Shown here: one piece after another, positions 28,180-37,410 of the stretch | Layout of the letters: each line of letters starts with the position of its first letter | How positions within the stretch are numbered: position 1 is the first letter of the stretch | Assembly (NCBI GenBank): GCA_024643595.1 | Contig: JAHEMS010000001.1 | Coordinates: 1-60,788, forward strand | DNA: 60,788 bases | Reading direction: 5' to 3' | Origin: Bacteroidota bacterium | GTDB lineage: Bacteria; Bacteroidota; Bacteroidia; Cytophagales; Cyclobacteriaceae | Position numbers and translations under genes: made by a program | The notes under the pieces: model-generated | The model's database searches: none | Seen by the model: the letters and a program-made list of their open reading frames with translations, nothing else | Told to the model about the DNA's origin: nothing

Positions 28180-29205
28180 ATGACTCCTGATGAACTTTTG
28201 ATGCAGCGAACTTTTGATCTTGCTTTGTTAGGGGTAGGTGAAGTTAGTCCGAATCCCAGGGTGGGATGTGTCATTGTTAAGGACGGTGAAGTTATTGGCG
28301 AAGGTTGGCATAAGAAATACGGAGAAGCGCATGCTGAAGTGAATGCTATTGCCAGCGTTTCGGAAATAAATCAAATAGAAGGAAGTACGGCATATGTTAA
28401 TCTAGAGCCCTGCTCGCATGTTGGGAAAACGCCACCTTGCGCAGATATGCTTATTCAATACGGAATAAAAAGATTAGTAATTTCCAATCAGGACATTAAC
28501 CCATTGGTCGCTGGCGAGGGCATAAAGAAATGTAAGGCTGCAGGTATTGAAGTCATTGCGGGCGTATTGGAACAACAAGGGTATGAACTGAACAAACGAT
28601 TTTTTATATCACACGAGAAACAAAGGCCTTTTATTATTTTGAAATGGGCCCAAACTTCAGATGGGTTCATGGCGCACAGTAATTATGAATCCAGATGGAT
28701 CAGTAGCGAATTATCACGGCAACTTGTACACAAGTGGCGCAGTGAAGAAGATGCGGTCTTGGTAGGCACCAAAACAGCCGCACATGATGATCCAAATCTA
28801 ACAGTGCGTAATTGGAGCGGAAGAAATCCAGTACGCTTGGTAATAGATAGGTTTTTACGATTAAGTGATCGTCTCCATTTATTTGATCGGTTAGTGCCTA
28901 CAGTTTGCTTCAATCTATTGAAGCATGAAGAGCATCCGAATTTAAAATTGGTGCGGCTGGATGAGGAAGATTTCATTTCGCAGTTGCTCGCCTGGTTGCA
29001 CAAATCAAAAATTCAATCGGTATTAGTGGAGGGTGGAAGCCAAACACTTTCCTTTTTTATCGGTGCCAATTTGTGGGATGAAGCCAGAATTTTCACTTCG
29101 CCTCGTTCATTTAAAAAGGGAATTAAAGCGCCTGAATTACCTGGTGATTTAATTTTCCGACAACAAATATCGACCGATCAATTTCAGGTTTACCATCGTC
29201 ACTAA
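28180..29205 (+). CDS. ribD: Riboflavin biosynthesis deaminase/reductase
   Basis: SPNPRVG, HAE, LEPCSH...PPC, KWAQTSDG, VEGG. Confidence 0.96.
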   Translation: MTPDELLMQRTFDLALLGVGEVSPNPRVGCVIVKDGEVIGEGWHKKYGEAHAEVNAIASVSEINQIEGSTAYVNLEPCSHVGKTPPCADMLIQYGIKRLVISNQDINPLVAGEGIKKCKAAGIEVIAGVLEQQGYELNKRFFISHEKQRPFIILKWAQTSDGFMAHSNYESRWISSELSRQLVHKWRSEEDAVLVGTKTAAHDDPNLTVRNWSGRNPVRLVIDRFLRLSDRLHLFDRLVPTVCFNLLKHEEHPNLKLVRLDEEDFISQLLAWLHKSKIQSVLVEGGSQTLSFFIGANLWDEARIFTSPRSFKKGIKAPELPGDLIFRQQISTDQFQVYHRH

Positions 29206-29210
29206 ATCTG

Positions 29211-29672
29211 TTAGATGCGGATTAGCAATCGCATTCCCAAACCATATAATTGTAATTCTGGTTTTATTCGAGCTGTTTTTATTTTGTCATTATAAATGTC
29301 CAGTGCTTGCATGGTATGTCCTCGGAATGACCTATTAAACGGAATTGAGGATAATAAGAGGACAGCTCCACCAGCGGCTAATCCCCATTCCGGACTGCCC
29401 CCGTAAACAGTCGTTCCTAAGGGCACTGCGATTAATACAACTCCAATAAAGCCCAATGCTCCAGCGACGTTATATTTGGTTTTGGCAATCTTAAGTTCAG
29501 CATAGGCTGGTGGAATATCCTTCATGATTTCAAGGACCTGATTCAATCCTAGCGTCAACGTGTCCATTTCAAAACGAACCCCACCAAATGTTTTGAAGGC
29601 TTTGATTTCCTGAGCGAGATTTATTTGATAAAAGTTAAGGACGAAAAGCGCAAGCAAGACCAGTTTTTTCAT
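29211..29672 (-). CDS. Hypothetical membrane protein
   Basis: Signal peptide ending NLA-Q plus two Gly-rich hydrophobic helices; ATG 29672 avoids overlap with sod. Confidence 0.7.
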   Translation of the reverse strand: MKKLVLLALFVLNFYQINLAQEIKAFKTFGGVRFEMDTLTLGLNQVLEIMKDIPPAYAELKIAKTKYNVAGALGFIGVVLIAVPLGTTVYGGSPEWGLAAGGAVLLLSSIPFNRSFRGHTMQALDIYNDKIKTARIKPELQLYGLGMRLLIRI

Positions 29673-29682
29673 CAATATAAAT

Positions 29683-30396
29683 TTAACCCAGTCGTTTCGA
29701 TACTTCATTCCAGTTTACCACATTCCACCAATTGGCAACATATTCATTACGTTTATTTTGATATTTTAAATAATAGGCATGCTCCCAAACATCCAACGCT
29801 AATAGGGGTGTGCCTTTGAAGTCGCTAATGTCCATCATAGGATTATCCTGATTAGGAGTAGAACCGATCTTCAATGAGTTTCCATCTTTAACAAGCCATG
29901 CCCAACCAGAACCGAAGCGAGTCATTGCTGCCTGTGCAAACAGTTCTTTGAATTTTTGGAATGAGCCGAAAGAACCATTGAGTGCTTCAGCGACTTTTCC
30001 TGTTGGGGCACTGCTTTCAGGGGTCATTATTTGCCAGAAGAAATTGTGATTCCATGCTCCTCCACCATTATTTCTTGCCTTTGAAGAAAGTTTTGAAATA
30101 TTACTGAAGAAATCTTTCTCATTTGAATAAGGAATTTTTTCAATGGCAATCGCTTCATTCACATTTTTAATATAGGCAGCATGATGCTTACCATAATGTA
30201 TTTCCATAGTTAATGCATCAATGTTTGGTTCTAAAGCATTAGTGGAATAAGGAAGTGCAATCTGTGAAAATTGCAGTCCATCAGGCGTAAAATTATTCGC
30301 CAGGGTTTCCGTAGTTGCTAATTGAGTTCCAACGATTGTAAAGGCAGTGGCTTTCAAAGATTGGTTAACAAATTTTCGCCTGCTAATAGATTTCAT
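29683..30396 (-). CDS. sodA: Fe/Mn superoxide dismutase (Mn-type signature) with Tat signal
   Basis: SRRKFV; HYGKHH, NGGGAWNH, FGSGWAWL, PNQD, DVWEHAYY. Confidence 0.92.
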   Translation of the reverse strand: MKSISRRKFVNQSLKATAFTIVGTQLATTETLANNFTPDGLQFSQIALPYSTNALEPNIDALTMEIHYGKHHAAYIKNVNEAIAIEKIPYSNEKDFFSNISKLSSKARNNGGGAWNHNFFWQIMTPESSAPTGKVAEALNGSFGSFQKFKELFAQAAMTRFGSGWAWLVKDGNSLKIGSTPNQDNPMMDISDFKGTPLLALDVWEHAYYLKYQNKRNEYVANWWNVVNWNEVSKRLG

Positions 30397-30511
30397 TTTA
30401 TGTTAGTTAGGTGATCGATTCGATTTATATAGAATTATGTTCACTAAGTGACATCGGGTAAAATTACCTAAAAATAATTAGCTTGCGATAGCCCTCTTTA
30501 AACCTTCTACT

Positions 30512-31483
30512 ATGGCGGAGTTATTATACGAGACAATTCCTTCACTGGATCTTGCTGATTTCACCAGCGGCGATCCTCAAAAAAAAACGAAGTTTGTTCA
30601 GGAATTAGGTGAGGCTTATAATAATATTGGCTTTGTTGCAATTCGGAATCATTATCTATCGGACGAATTATCAGCGGGACTATACACTACCATCAAAAAC
30701 TTTTACGCTTTGCCAGATCATGTTAAGCAAAAGTATGAAATTCCGGGTCTGGCAGGACAGCGTGGTTATATTGGGAAAGGGAAAGAGCACGCGAAGGGGC
30801 GTAATACGGGCGACTTGAAAGAATTTTATCATGTAGGCCAGGAAGTACTGGATGACGATCCAATCAAAAATGAATATCCAAAAAATGTGTGGCCTGATGA
30901 GGTTCCTGAATTTGAGGAAACTGCTATGGAGGTATATCGAAGATTGGAGAGAACCGGCATCCAGATGTTGAAAGCTATTGCCTTGTACCTAGGATTACCA
31001 GAAAGTTACTTTGATCATAAAGTGTGGCATGGGAACAGCATACTGCGCCCCATTCATTATTTTCCGATTGAAAATTCTGACCAGGTTCCAGCGGATGCAG
31101 TGAGGGCTGCGGAGCATGGAGATATTAATCTCATTACGCTGTTGATGGGTGCAAGTGCCGATGGTCTTCAAGTATTACGAAGGGACGGAAAGTGGATACC
31201 AATTACCGCGTTGCCAGAGCAGCTGATTGTTAATGTGGGTGATATGCTGGAGAGATTGACTAACAAGAAACTAAAATCAACAATTCACCGGGTGGTTAAT
31301 CCGCCTCGTCATCTTATGAATTTGCCTCGTTACTCTATTCCTTTTTTTATGCATCCCAGATCAGAAATGAACTTGGCTGCTTTACCATCATGTGTGGATG
31401 AATCACATCCAAAACTATGGGAGGATATAACAGCGGGTGAATTTCTGAATCAAAGATTAAAGGAAATCGGATTAAAAAAATAA
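30512..31483 (+). CDS. Isopenicillin N synthase-family 2OG-Fe(II) oxygenase
   Basis: GQRGY, DLKE, HGDIN (HxD), NVGDML, HRV, RYS. Confidence 0.92.
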   Translation: MAELLYETIPSLDLADFTSGDPQKKTKFVQELGEAYNNIGFVAIRNHYLSDELSAGLYTTIKNFYALPDHVKQKYEIPGLAGQRGYIGKGKEHAKGRNTGDLKEFYHVGQEVLDDDPIKNEYPKNVWPDEVPEFEETAMEVYRRLERTGIQMLKAIALYLGLPESYFDHKVWHGNSILRPIHYFPIENSDQVPADAVRAAEHGDINLITLLMGASADGLQVLRRDGKWIPITALPEQLIVNVGDMLERLTNKKLKSTIHRVVNPPRHLMNLPRYSIPFFMHPRSEMNLAALPSCVDESHPKLWEDITAGEFLNQRLKEIGLKK

Positions 31484-31493
31484 TCTACTGACG

Positions 31494-32696
31494 TTGATTA
31501 AGCGCGTTCGTTATATCATTTTTTTGAAAGATGTGCTCTTATTGTCACTGACATGTTTTGGGGGGCCACAGGCACACATTGCCCATTTTCAGAATATATT
31601 GGTAAAAAAGCGAGGCTATCTTAGCGACAATGATCTGATTGAATTAAACGCGTTATGCCAGGTGGTTCCAGGTCCCACCTCTACACAAACGCTTTCCGCT
31701 CTTGGTTACCGATTAGGAGGACCGTCATTAGCTTATTTAACGTTGTTAATTTGGCTTTTGCCATCAGTTATTATAATGACTATTGCAGGAATGTTAATGA
31801 GCGGATTTGTTTCAAAGCAAACTTCGCTTGATTTCACGAGATTTATTCAGCCGATGGCGGTAGGGCTGATCGCGCATGCTGCGTATACGATCAGTTTAAA
31901 AACAGTGACTACAACGCGAGGCTTCTTGCTGATGGTATTGGCTGCGGCAGCAACCTATTTTTTCAAGACACCTTTTGTTTTTCCAATTGTATTATTGGCC
32001 GCCGGGTTAATTACGGCTTTAAATTATAAAGCTCACCCTCGAGAAGAGAAAAAGAAATTTGATGTAAGCTGGTCAAACTTCTTTTTATGGGCTGGGGTGT
32101 TAATCTTTGCCGCTTTATTAGGATGGGCAACTAAGCGAATTCCTGAAATGACTTTGCCTGTTCGACTTTTTGAAAATTTTTATAGGAATGGAAGTTTGAT
32201 TTTTGGCGGGGGACAGGTGCTCACGCCAATGTTGTATACGGAGTTTGTTCAATATGCGAAACCATTGCATCATCCTATTACACATGATGAGTTTCTTTCA
32301 GGTTACGCATTCGCTCAGGCATTGCCAGGGCCGTTATTTTCATTTAGCTCATATATAGGAGTACTCTCGATGCGGGATTATGGAATTACAGGTCAGATTA
32401 TAGGCAGCATTATGTCAGCTGCCGGACTTTTTCTTCCAGGTACTTTTCTTATTTTCTTTATGATTCGAATTTGGGAAAGTTTAAAAAAATTTAGACCGAT
32501 ACGGGCATCACTGGAGGGAATTCATGCCGCTAATGCGGGGCTGGTTGCGGCAGCTGCTATTTTGTTATTTCAACCTTTGGAAAACACATTACTTAATTTC
32601 GGATTTACGATCGGTACTTTCTGCATGATGACCTTCACTAAAATCCCCTCCTGGGCTTTGATTTTAATTGGACTACTCAGCGGAGTATTACTCTAA
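31494..32696 (+). CDS. chrA: Chromate efflux transporter (long-chain CHR)
   Basis: Duplicated FGGP / FGGG and PGP motifs; many TM helices; TTG start. Confidence 0.92.
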   Translation: MIKRVRYIIFLKDVLLLSLTCFGGPQAHIAHFQNILVKKRGYLSDNDLIELNALCQVVPGPTSTQTLSALGYRLGGPSLAYLTLLIWLLPSVIIMTIAGMLMSGFVSKQTSLDFTRFIQPMAVGLIAHAAYTISLKTVTTTRGFLLMVLAAAATYFFKTPFVFPIVLLAAGLITALNYKAHPREEKKKFDVSWSNFFLWAGVLIFAALLGWATKRIPEMTLPVRLFENFYRNGSLIFGGGQVLTPMLYTEFVQYAKPLHHPITHDEFLSGYAFAQALPGPLFSFSSYIGVLSMRDYGITGQIIGSIMSAAGLFLPGTFLIFFMIRIWESLKKFRPIRASLEGIHAANAGLVAAAAILLFQPLENTLLNFGFTIGTFCMMTFTKIPSWALILIGLLSGVLL

Positions 32697-32705
32697 ATTG
32701 CCTTT

Positions 32706-32742
32706 AAAAATGAAACCCTGACTTGATGGTCAGGGTTTCATT
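32706..32742. terminator. Intrinsic terminator between convergent chrA and tonB
   Basis: 14-bp stem AATGAAACCCTGAC / GTCAGGGTTTCATT with 6-nt loop; T-run on the minus strand. Confidence 0.85.
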
Positions 32743-32761
32743 ACATAGCCTTACTTATTTA

Positions 32762-33436
32762 TTAACCTAATTTAAAGGTAATTGGGATAACCATCTTTTG
32801 TCTTACTGGCTTACCTCTTTGTTTACCGGGCGTCCAGGAAGGAGCGCTTTGAACTATTCTTACAGCCTCTTCATCGCAACCAGCACCGATACCCTTTATC
32901 GCTTTTACGTCAACGATGGAACCATCACGGTTAACGACGAATTCCACGAAAACTTTTCCTTCTATACCCATTCGTCTTGCCTGGGCAGGATATTTTATTT
33001 TTTCTCCGACAAACTTATAGAATGCAGGATAACCCCCTTTTGGCGAGGCAGACTCTTCAACAACACTGAAAATTTCATCAACATTTTCCTTCTCTTCAAC
33101 AGGAGCAATAACGACTTCTTCAACCTTGGTCTCTTCCGTTACTTCCACATCAAATTTAAGATTAAGGTCTTCCTTGATTTCTTCTTCGTCAGGAACCTCT
33201 ACAATTTGCGGTTGTTGAATAATTGGAGCGGGTGGAGGTGGTTGTTCAGTTGGAGGAACTTCCAACATTTCTTCAAAAATATTAGTGTTTTTACCCTGTA
33301 GGTCAATCAGGCTTTTTTCATATTGTTTCCACTCAAAAGCAGTAAAAACAAGAGCCAATGTAACCAGTAAGCCAATGCTGAAGAAAAAACTTGTTTTCTT
33401 CATTAAATCAGCAGATTCAGTCTTTTTCGCTTCCAT
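32762..33436 (-). CDS. tonB: Energy transducer TonB
   Basis: N-terminal TM, Pro-rich linker, TonB_C domain (YPAQARRMGIEGKV, WTPGKQRG). Confidence 0.93.
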   Translation of the reverse strand: MEAKKTESADLMKKTSFFFSIGLLVTLALVFTAFEWKQYEKSLIDLQGKNTNIFEEMLEVPPTEQPPPPAPIIQQPQIVEVPDEEEIKEDLNLKFDVEVTEETKVEEVVIAPVEEKENVDEIFSVVEESASPKGGYPAFYKFVGEKIKYPAQARRMGIEGKVFVEFVVNRDGSIVDVKAIKGIGAGCDEEAVRIVQSAPSWTPGKQRGKPVRQKMVIPITFKLG

Positions 33437-33460
33437 ACTTAGAATTGCAGTTTAGGATTT

Positions 33461-33468
33461 CAAATATA
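33461..33468 (-). promoter_or_regulatory. -7 promoter element TATATTTG upstream of tonB
   Basis: Exact TAnnTTTG on the minus strand, 24 nt before the ATG. Confidence 0.6.
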
Positions 33469-33526
33469 GTAATACAATCCAAAAAATATTTCCCAGTCAC
33501 ATAATTTTCAATAGAAAATTTGCCAA

Positions 33527-34264
33527 CTATTTACGATTTCCGTAAAAAAGAGTGAAAAATACGGTTGGAAACACAGATTTATTTACCGCTGTAGGTATTA
33601 AAATCACCTTATTAAAGTATGCATCGGCTAAAAGACCAATTTCAAAACCTGTAACCTGGCTTTTTACTAATCCTAATTCAAAGTTAAGCGCTGCTTTAAG
33701 GTTTCCACCCATTTGTATTTTGGAATCCCCAATGCCTTCAAAAAGATTACCCGTCCCTAAAATATTATTAAAGGAATGATGTGGATTGTAGGGATTGTAT
33801 TGTTCGTGAACAGATGAAAAGTAACTGTTATCCACCGTCCTCTCAATAAAATATGGGGCCACAATTCCGATTGAAGGGCCTGCGGCAAAAACAGCTTTTA
33901 TTTCAACTCCCTGTTGAGGGGCTTTTGTAAAAAGGATAAAATCGCGGCCGTATTGAAGACGAAGAGCGTAGAGATAATTGCTTTTTCCGTAAATAAAATA
34001 ATTACCAGTATAGGCGGAATTTCTTCTGACTTCCTGAGCGTGTTTTACATTCATAATTTCAAAACCATAGGTCTCTAAAATACGATCGCTACGCTTTTTA
34101 GCTTTTTTAAATGTAAATCCTCCAATTAGTCCTCCGGATGAATTTTTATTGATACCCCAGGTAAATTCAGAATTGTATTCGTAACTATCCAGCGTCTGTG
34201 CATCAACTGAAAACAGACGTGTAACAAGAACAAGAAGAAACAAAAATTTAATGCAATCCTTCAT
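33527..34264 (-). CDS. Hypothetical outer-membrane protein
   Basis: Signal peptide ending VDA-Q; amphipathic beta strands; terminal FFTLFYG strand. Confidence 0.7.
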   Translation of the reverse strand: MKDCIKFLFLLVLVTRLFSVDAQTLDSYEYNSEFTWGINKNSSGGLIGGFTFKKAKKRSDRILETYGFEIMNVKHAQEVRRNSAYTGNYFIYGKSNYLYALRLQYGRDFILFTKAPQQGVEIKAVFAAGPSIGIVAPYFIERTVDNSYFSSVHEQYNPYNPHHSFNNILGTGNLFEGIGDSKIQMGGNLKAALNFELGLVKSQVTGFEIGLLADAYFNKVILIPTAVNKSVFPTVFFTLFYGNRK

Positions 34265-34362
34265 ACCCACCCATTGGCTAAGTTGTCGAAGTTAAAGTTA
34301 TAGTAAGTAACGCACAAAAAATAATGTTGTTATGAATCTAATAGTCTGAGTTGAATATCAGG

Positions 34363-34710
34363 TTAATTAGTTTGTAGTGATGCTTTTTTGATGCTGGCGA
34401 AATCGATTTCAAAATGTGACTTATGAAAAACAGCTTCGCCATTTTTCAACACAATTACCTGTGGTGATTGGTGCTCAACATCAAAAATATCGGCAATTCT
34501 GGTGGAAATTTCCCTGTAGGATAGTAGGTCCAGGAAGTATGGTCTAACCAAACCCATCTCCTCTACGTTCCAACTTCTTTCCAATCGGCTCAGCGCGGTT
34601 TGGCTTATAGCGCATCTTGTGCTGTGTTTGAAAATTATGATGGGTTGACTTTTTGATTCTGCCCGTAAAGTTTCCAACTGATCGGGGCTTTTTAATGCTA
34701 TCCAGTTCAT
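34363..34710 (-). CDS. ytxJ: Bacillithiol-system monothiol redoxin YtxJ (BrxC)
   Basis: MNW start, IFKHSTRCAIS, LDLLSYR, HQSPQ, SH. Confidence 0.9.
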   Translation of the reverse strand: MNWIALKSPDQLETLRAESKSQPIIIFKHSTRCAISQTALSRLERSWNVEEMGLVRPYFLDLLSYREISTRIADIFDVEHQSPQVIVLKNGEAVFHKSHFEIDFASIKKASLQTN

Positions 34711-34717
34711 TTTATTA

Positions 34718-37333
34718 TTAATCGTATAGGCCAGGCCACAATTCACGCTCACGTTTATCATACCGGGGGCGTACGCTCTTTTCTTTTACCGCATCGGGCT
34801 GAATTCCATTCTTTTTAAAAATCTTTGTCCATAACAACTTAAAGTCGGTCATGATGGTTCGTTCATGCTTAACATTATTTTCCTTGTTATGAGCAAATTT
34901 TGAATCTGGTAAAAATCGCTTGTTATTATACTTACTCATTTTAACATTGCCCTGGTAGTCGGTAATACGAGCATATGCCCTACCTGGGGCGATCACTTTT
35001 AGTGCATCTTTGCTACTCATAGGATTGTGGCGGTAATTTTTTGTCAACCTCGTTTTGCCAGAAAACCCTGAAGCGCTAATAAAATTGTCAGAAGGGGCAA
35101 TAGTTTTTAATGATTTGTCTGCACTACTTGGATTGTGCTCGTAACTCCAAAAAGCTGTTATGCTGCGATAATATTCACTGGCCTTAACAGTGGAATTGGT
35201 TGGGGCCAAACCAGGCATTGCGCCTTTGACCGCCTTAGGTTTTTTTCCAGTTTCCTTCGCCTTTACAGATACTTGAAGCCCTGAAATTTCGTCAGCACGA
35301 GTTCCTTTAGGGGTTCGTACTTCAATGGGGTTACCATTATTATTCCAAAGTTTGCCGCTAACACTTCCGCCTCCTTTTTTGGGTTCTTTTGTTTTAATAT
35401 TGCCTTGAAAATTGACAAGTGAACTTGCCCCGATACCGGGAGTTTTTCCATTGATAGGCTGATTATTATTATTCCAAATTTTTCCACTTATGCTACCTCC
35501 ACCTTTGGGTTTAAAGGCGTATGTTCTATTTTGATCACTGACACTTAATTTTTTCATCCGACCATTATATGGTTTATTCGAGCGGTATTTTGGAGAAGCA
35601 CTTATGCTTCCTGCAACGTCATTGATGGGCTTATTAGATCGGTATTTAGAAGAAGCGCTAATGCTACCAGCAACTTCTTTAAGGGGTTGATTGGATCGAT
35701 ATTTACCAGAAGCACTTATACTTCCTCCTCCATTTGGCTTAAAATCGTAAACTCTACTTTTTCCACTAATACTTAATGTTCCGGCTCTACTCTTAAATGG
35801 TTTATTAGATCTATATTTTCCTGATGCGCTGATACTTCCTGCAACTCCTTTAAGTGGTTGATTTGAACGATACCTTGCAGAAGCGCTAATGCTCCCTCCT
35901 CCTTTGGGTTCAAAATTATATTCTTTGTTTTGACCGCTTATACTTAACGACGCAGCTCTTCCCTGGTATGGTTTGTTGGATCGATATTTACCTGAAGCGC
36001 TAATACTGGCAGCTCTTCCTTTAAATGGTTGATTGGAGCGGTATTTCCCAGTTGCACTAATACTTCCTCCGCCTTTAGGCCTGAAGGAATTATCTCGAAT
36101 TTTACCGCTCGCACTTAATGGTTCTCCTCGTACACGCAATTGTTTATTTGACCTATATTTGGCTGAAGCGCTAATACTTCCACCGCCAGTTTTTGCTGGT
36201 TTTCTTCCGGCTGTCTCCGTTGACCTTGATGGCCGTTTGCGTATGGGTTGACCAGATAAGTCACCAATCCATGCTTTTTCTCCCCTCTTAGATGCACTTT
36301 CATGTCCTGAACGAAAAGTGCCAGCGTATGCCCTATCACCAGAAGACCTCTTACGACCCGCATATGGATCTTTGGGCTTAATAATTTCATTTGGTGGCGT
36401 TCGATAATTTCTCCTGCGCAAGGGATTACCGGAGATATCTGTTGTAATAGCTTTCTCCCCCTTGGAAAATTTACCCCAATACACATTCTTCTTTCCTTTT
36501 GTTATAAAAGGTTGAGAGGCTGACCGTGGCGTGACATTTTGATTTTTTCCAGTTTTCTGGGTAGGTCTGGGGCCTGCACTTAGTTTAGACCTCCTTGCAA
36601 ATCGATTGATACCAGAAGAGACATTTTCAGTACGTCTCGATGATTGATTAACATATGTTCCAGTTTGTTTGAATCTTCGGTTCTTTGACGTTTCAGCAGA
36701 TTGACTAACGCTTTGCGGTTTTCGGGTATAGGTTTTGGTGATCCTTGCACTTGTGCTTAAGCGGCCACCGCGGGTCTTACTTCTTCTTGCTGGTTTTTCT
36801 GTTTGCCTGGATGACCGATTGACATATGGGCCCTTTTGTGGATATACATTAGAACGTGATGATTCTGCAGAAGAAGTTCTGCTCCGTGGACGGTTTCTAA
36901 ATCGGTTGGATTTTCCGGAATCTATACGTTTTGAACTATGATTAACATATGGACCTCGCTGTGGATACACATTACTTCTTGCGGTTTCTCCGGAACGTGA
37001 ACGAATACGCAGTGGTTGTCCTCCTATAGGCTTTGCAGCTCTGTCTTTTCCTCTTCTTTCATTGGCATAAGGAGATGGATTTGAGTAAATCGCCCTGCCG
37101 GCAACAGAGTTGGTATTTTTTGTTCTCAATCTTTTGCCCGCAATGTCTTTGGTGCTGGCATTTTCTTTTTTCTTGACCGATTTGGCTTTCATTTGTTTGA
37201 TTTTCCCTTTGTTATCTACCGGTTTTTTATCCTGAGCCAGGGAGGGAATGGAAAATAGAAGTATAATGATCACCGCCATCCATTTTGCAGTGGATGTAAA
37301 TGTTTGGACCCTATTATTTATGATGCCAGTCAA
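34718..37333 (-). CDS. Large, highly basic, repeat-rich exported hypothetical protein (871 aa)
   Basis: Uninterrupted 2.6-kb ORF; signal peptide ending SLA-Q; repeats keep codon frame. Start TTG 37333 or ATG 37279. Confidence 0.85.
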   Translation of the reverse strand: MTGIINNRVQTFTSTAKWMAVIIILLFSIPSLAQDKKPVDNKGKIKQMKAKSVKKKENASTKDIAGKRLRTKNTNSVAGRAIYSNPSPYANERRGKDRAAKPIGGQPLRIRSRSGETARSNVYPQRGPYVNHSSKRIDSGKSNRFRNRPRSRTSSAESSRSNVYPQKGPYVNRSSRQTEKPARRSKTRGGRLSTSARITKTYTRKPQSVSQSAETSKNRRFKQTGTYVNQSSRRTENVSSGINRFARRSKLSAGPRPTQKTGKNQNVTPRSASQPFITKGKKNVYWGKFSKGEKAITTDISGNPLRRRNYRTPPNEIIKPKDPYAGRKRSSGDRAYAGTFRSGHESASKRGEKAWIGDLSGQPIRKRPSRSTETAGRKPAKTGGGSISASAKYRSNKQLRVRGEPLSASGKIRDNSFRPKGGGSISATGKYRSNQPFKGRAASISASGKYRSNKPYQGRAASLSISGQNKEYNFEPKGGGSISASARYRSNQPLKGVAGSISASGKYRSNKPFKSRAGTLSISGKSRVYDFKPNGGGSISASGKYRSNQPLKEVAGSISASSKYRSNKPINDVAGSISASPKYRSNKPYNGRMKKLSVSDQNRTYAFKPKGGGSISGKIWNNNNQPINGKTPGIGASSLVNFQGNIKTKEPKKGGGSVSGKLWNNNGNPIEVRTPKGTRADEISGLQVSVKAKETGKKPKAVKGAMPGLAPTNSTVKASEYYRSITAFWSYEHNPSSADKSLKTIAPSDNFISASGFSGKTRLTKNYRHNPMSSKDALKVIAPGRAYARITDYQGNVKMSKYNNKRFLPDSKFAHNKENNVKHERTIMTDFKLLWTKIFKKNGIQPDAVKEKSVRPRYDKRERELWPGLYD
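35504..36187 (-). repeat. Coding tandem array, 12 x 57 nt (19 aa)
   Basis: Units such as GGGSISASGKYRSNQPLKE, VAGSISASGKYRSNKPFKS, RAASLSISGQNKEYNFEPK at residues 383-610. Confidence 0.92.
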
Positions 37334-37410
37334 ATTTTAAAAAGATAAACAGGTCAAGATAAGAAAAAAAGTGCTGATTTGATTATTTGATCCTCCAGTA
37401 ACGTTTTTTA

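Noticed and set aside
32798-33301. 167-aa Phe-rich ORF opposite tonB
   Set aside because: Composition mirrors the Glu/Lys codons of tonB; shadow ORF.
35504-36187. 57-nt repeats as a CRISPR array
   Set aside because: Repeats are contiguous, degenerate at third codon positions, in frame within an ORF, have no unique spacers and no cas genes nearby.
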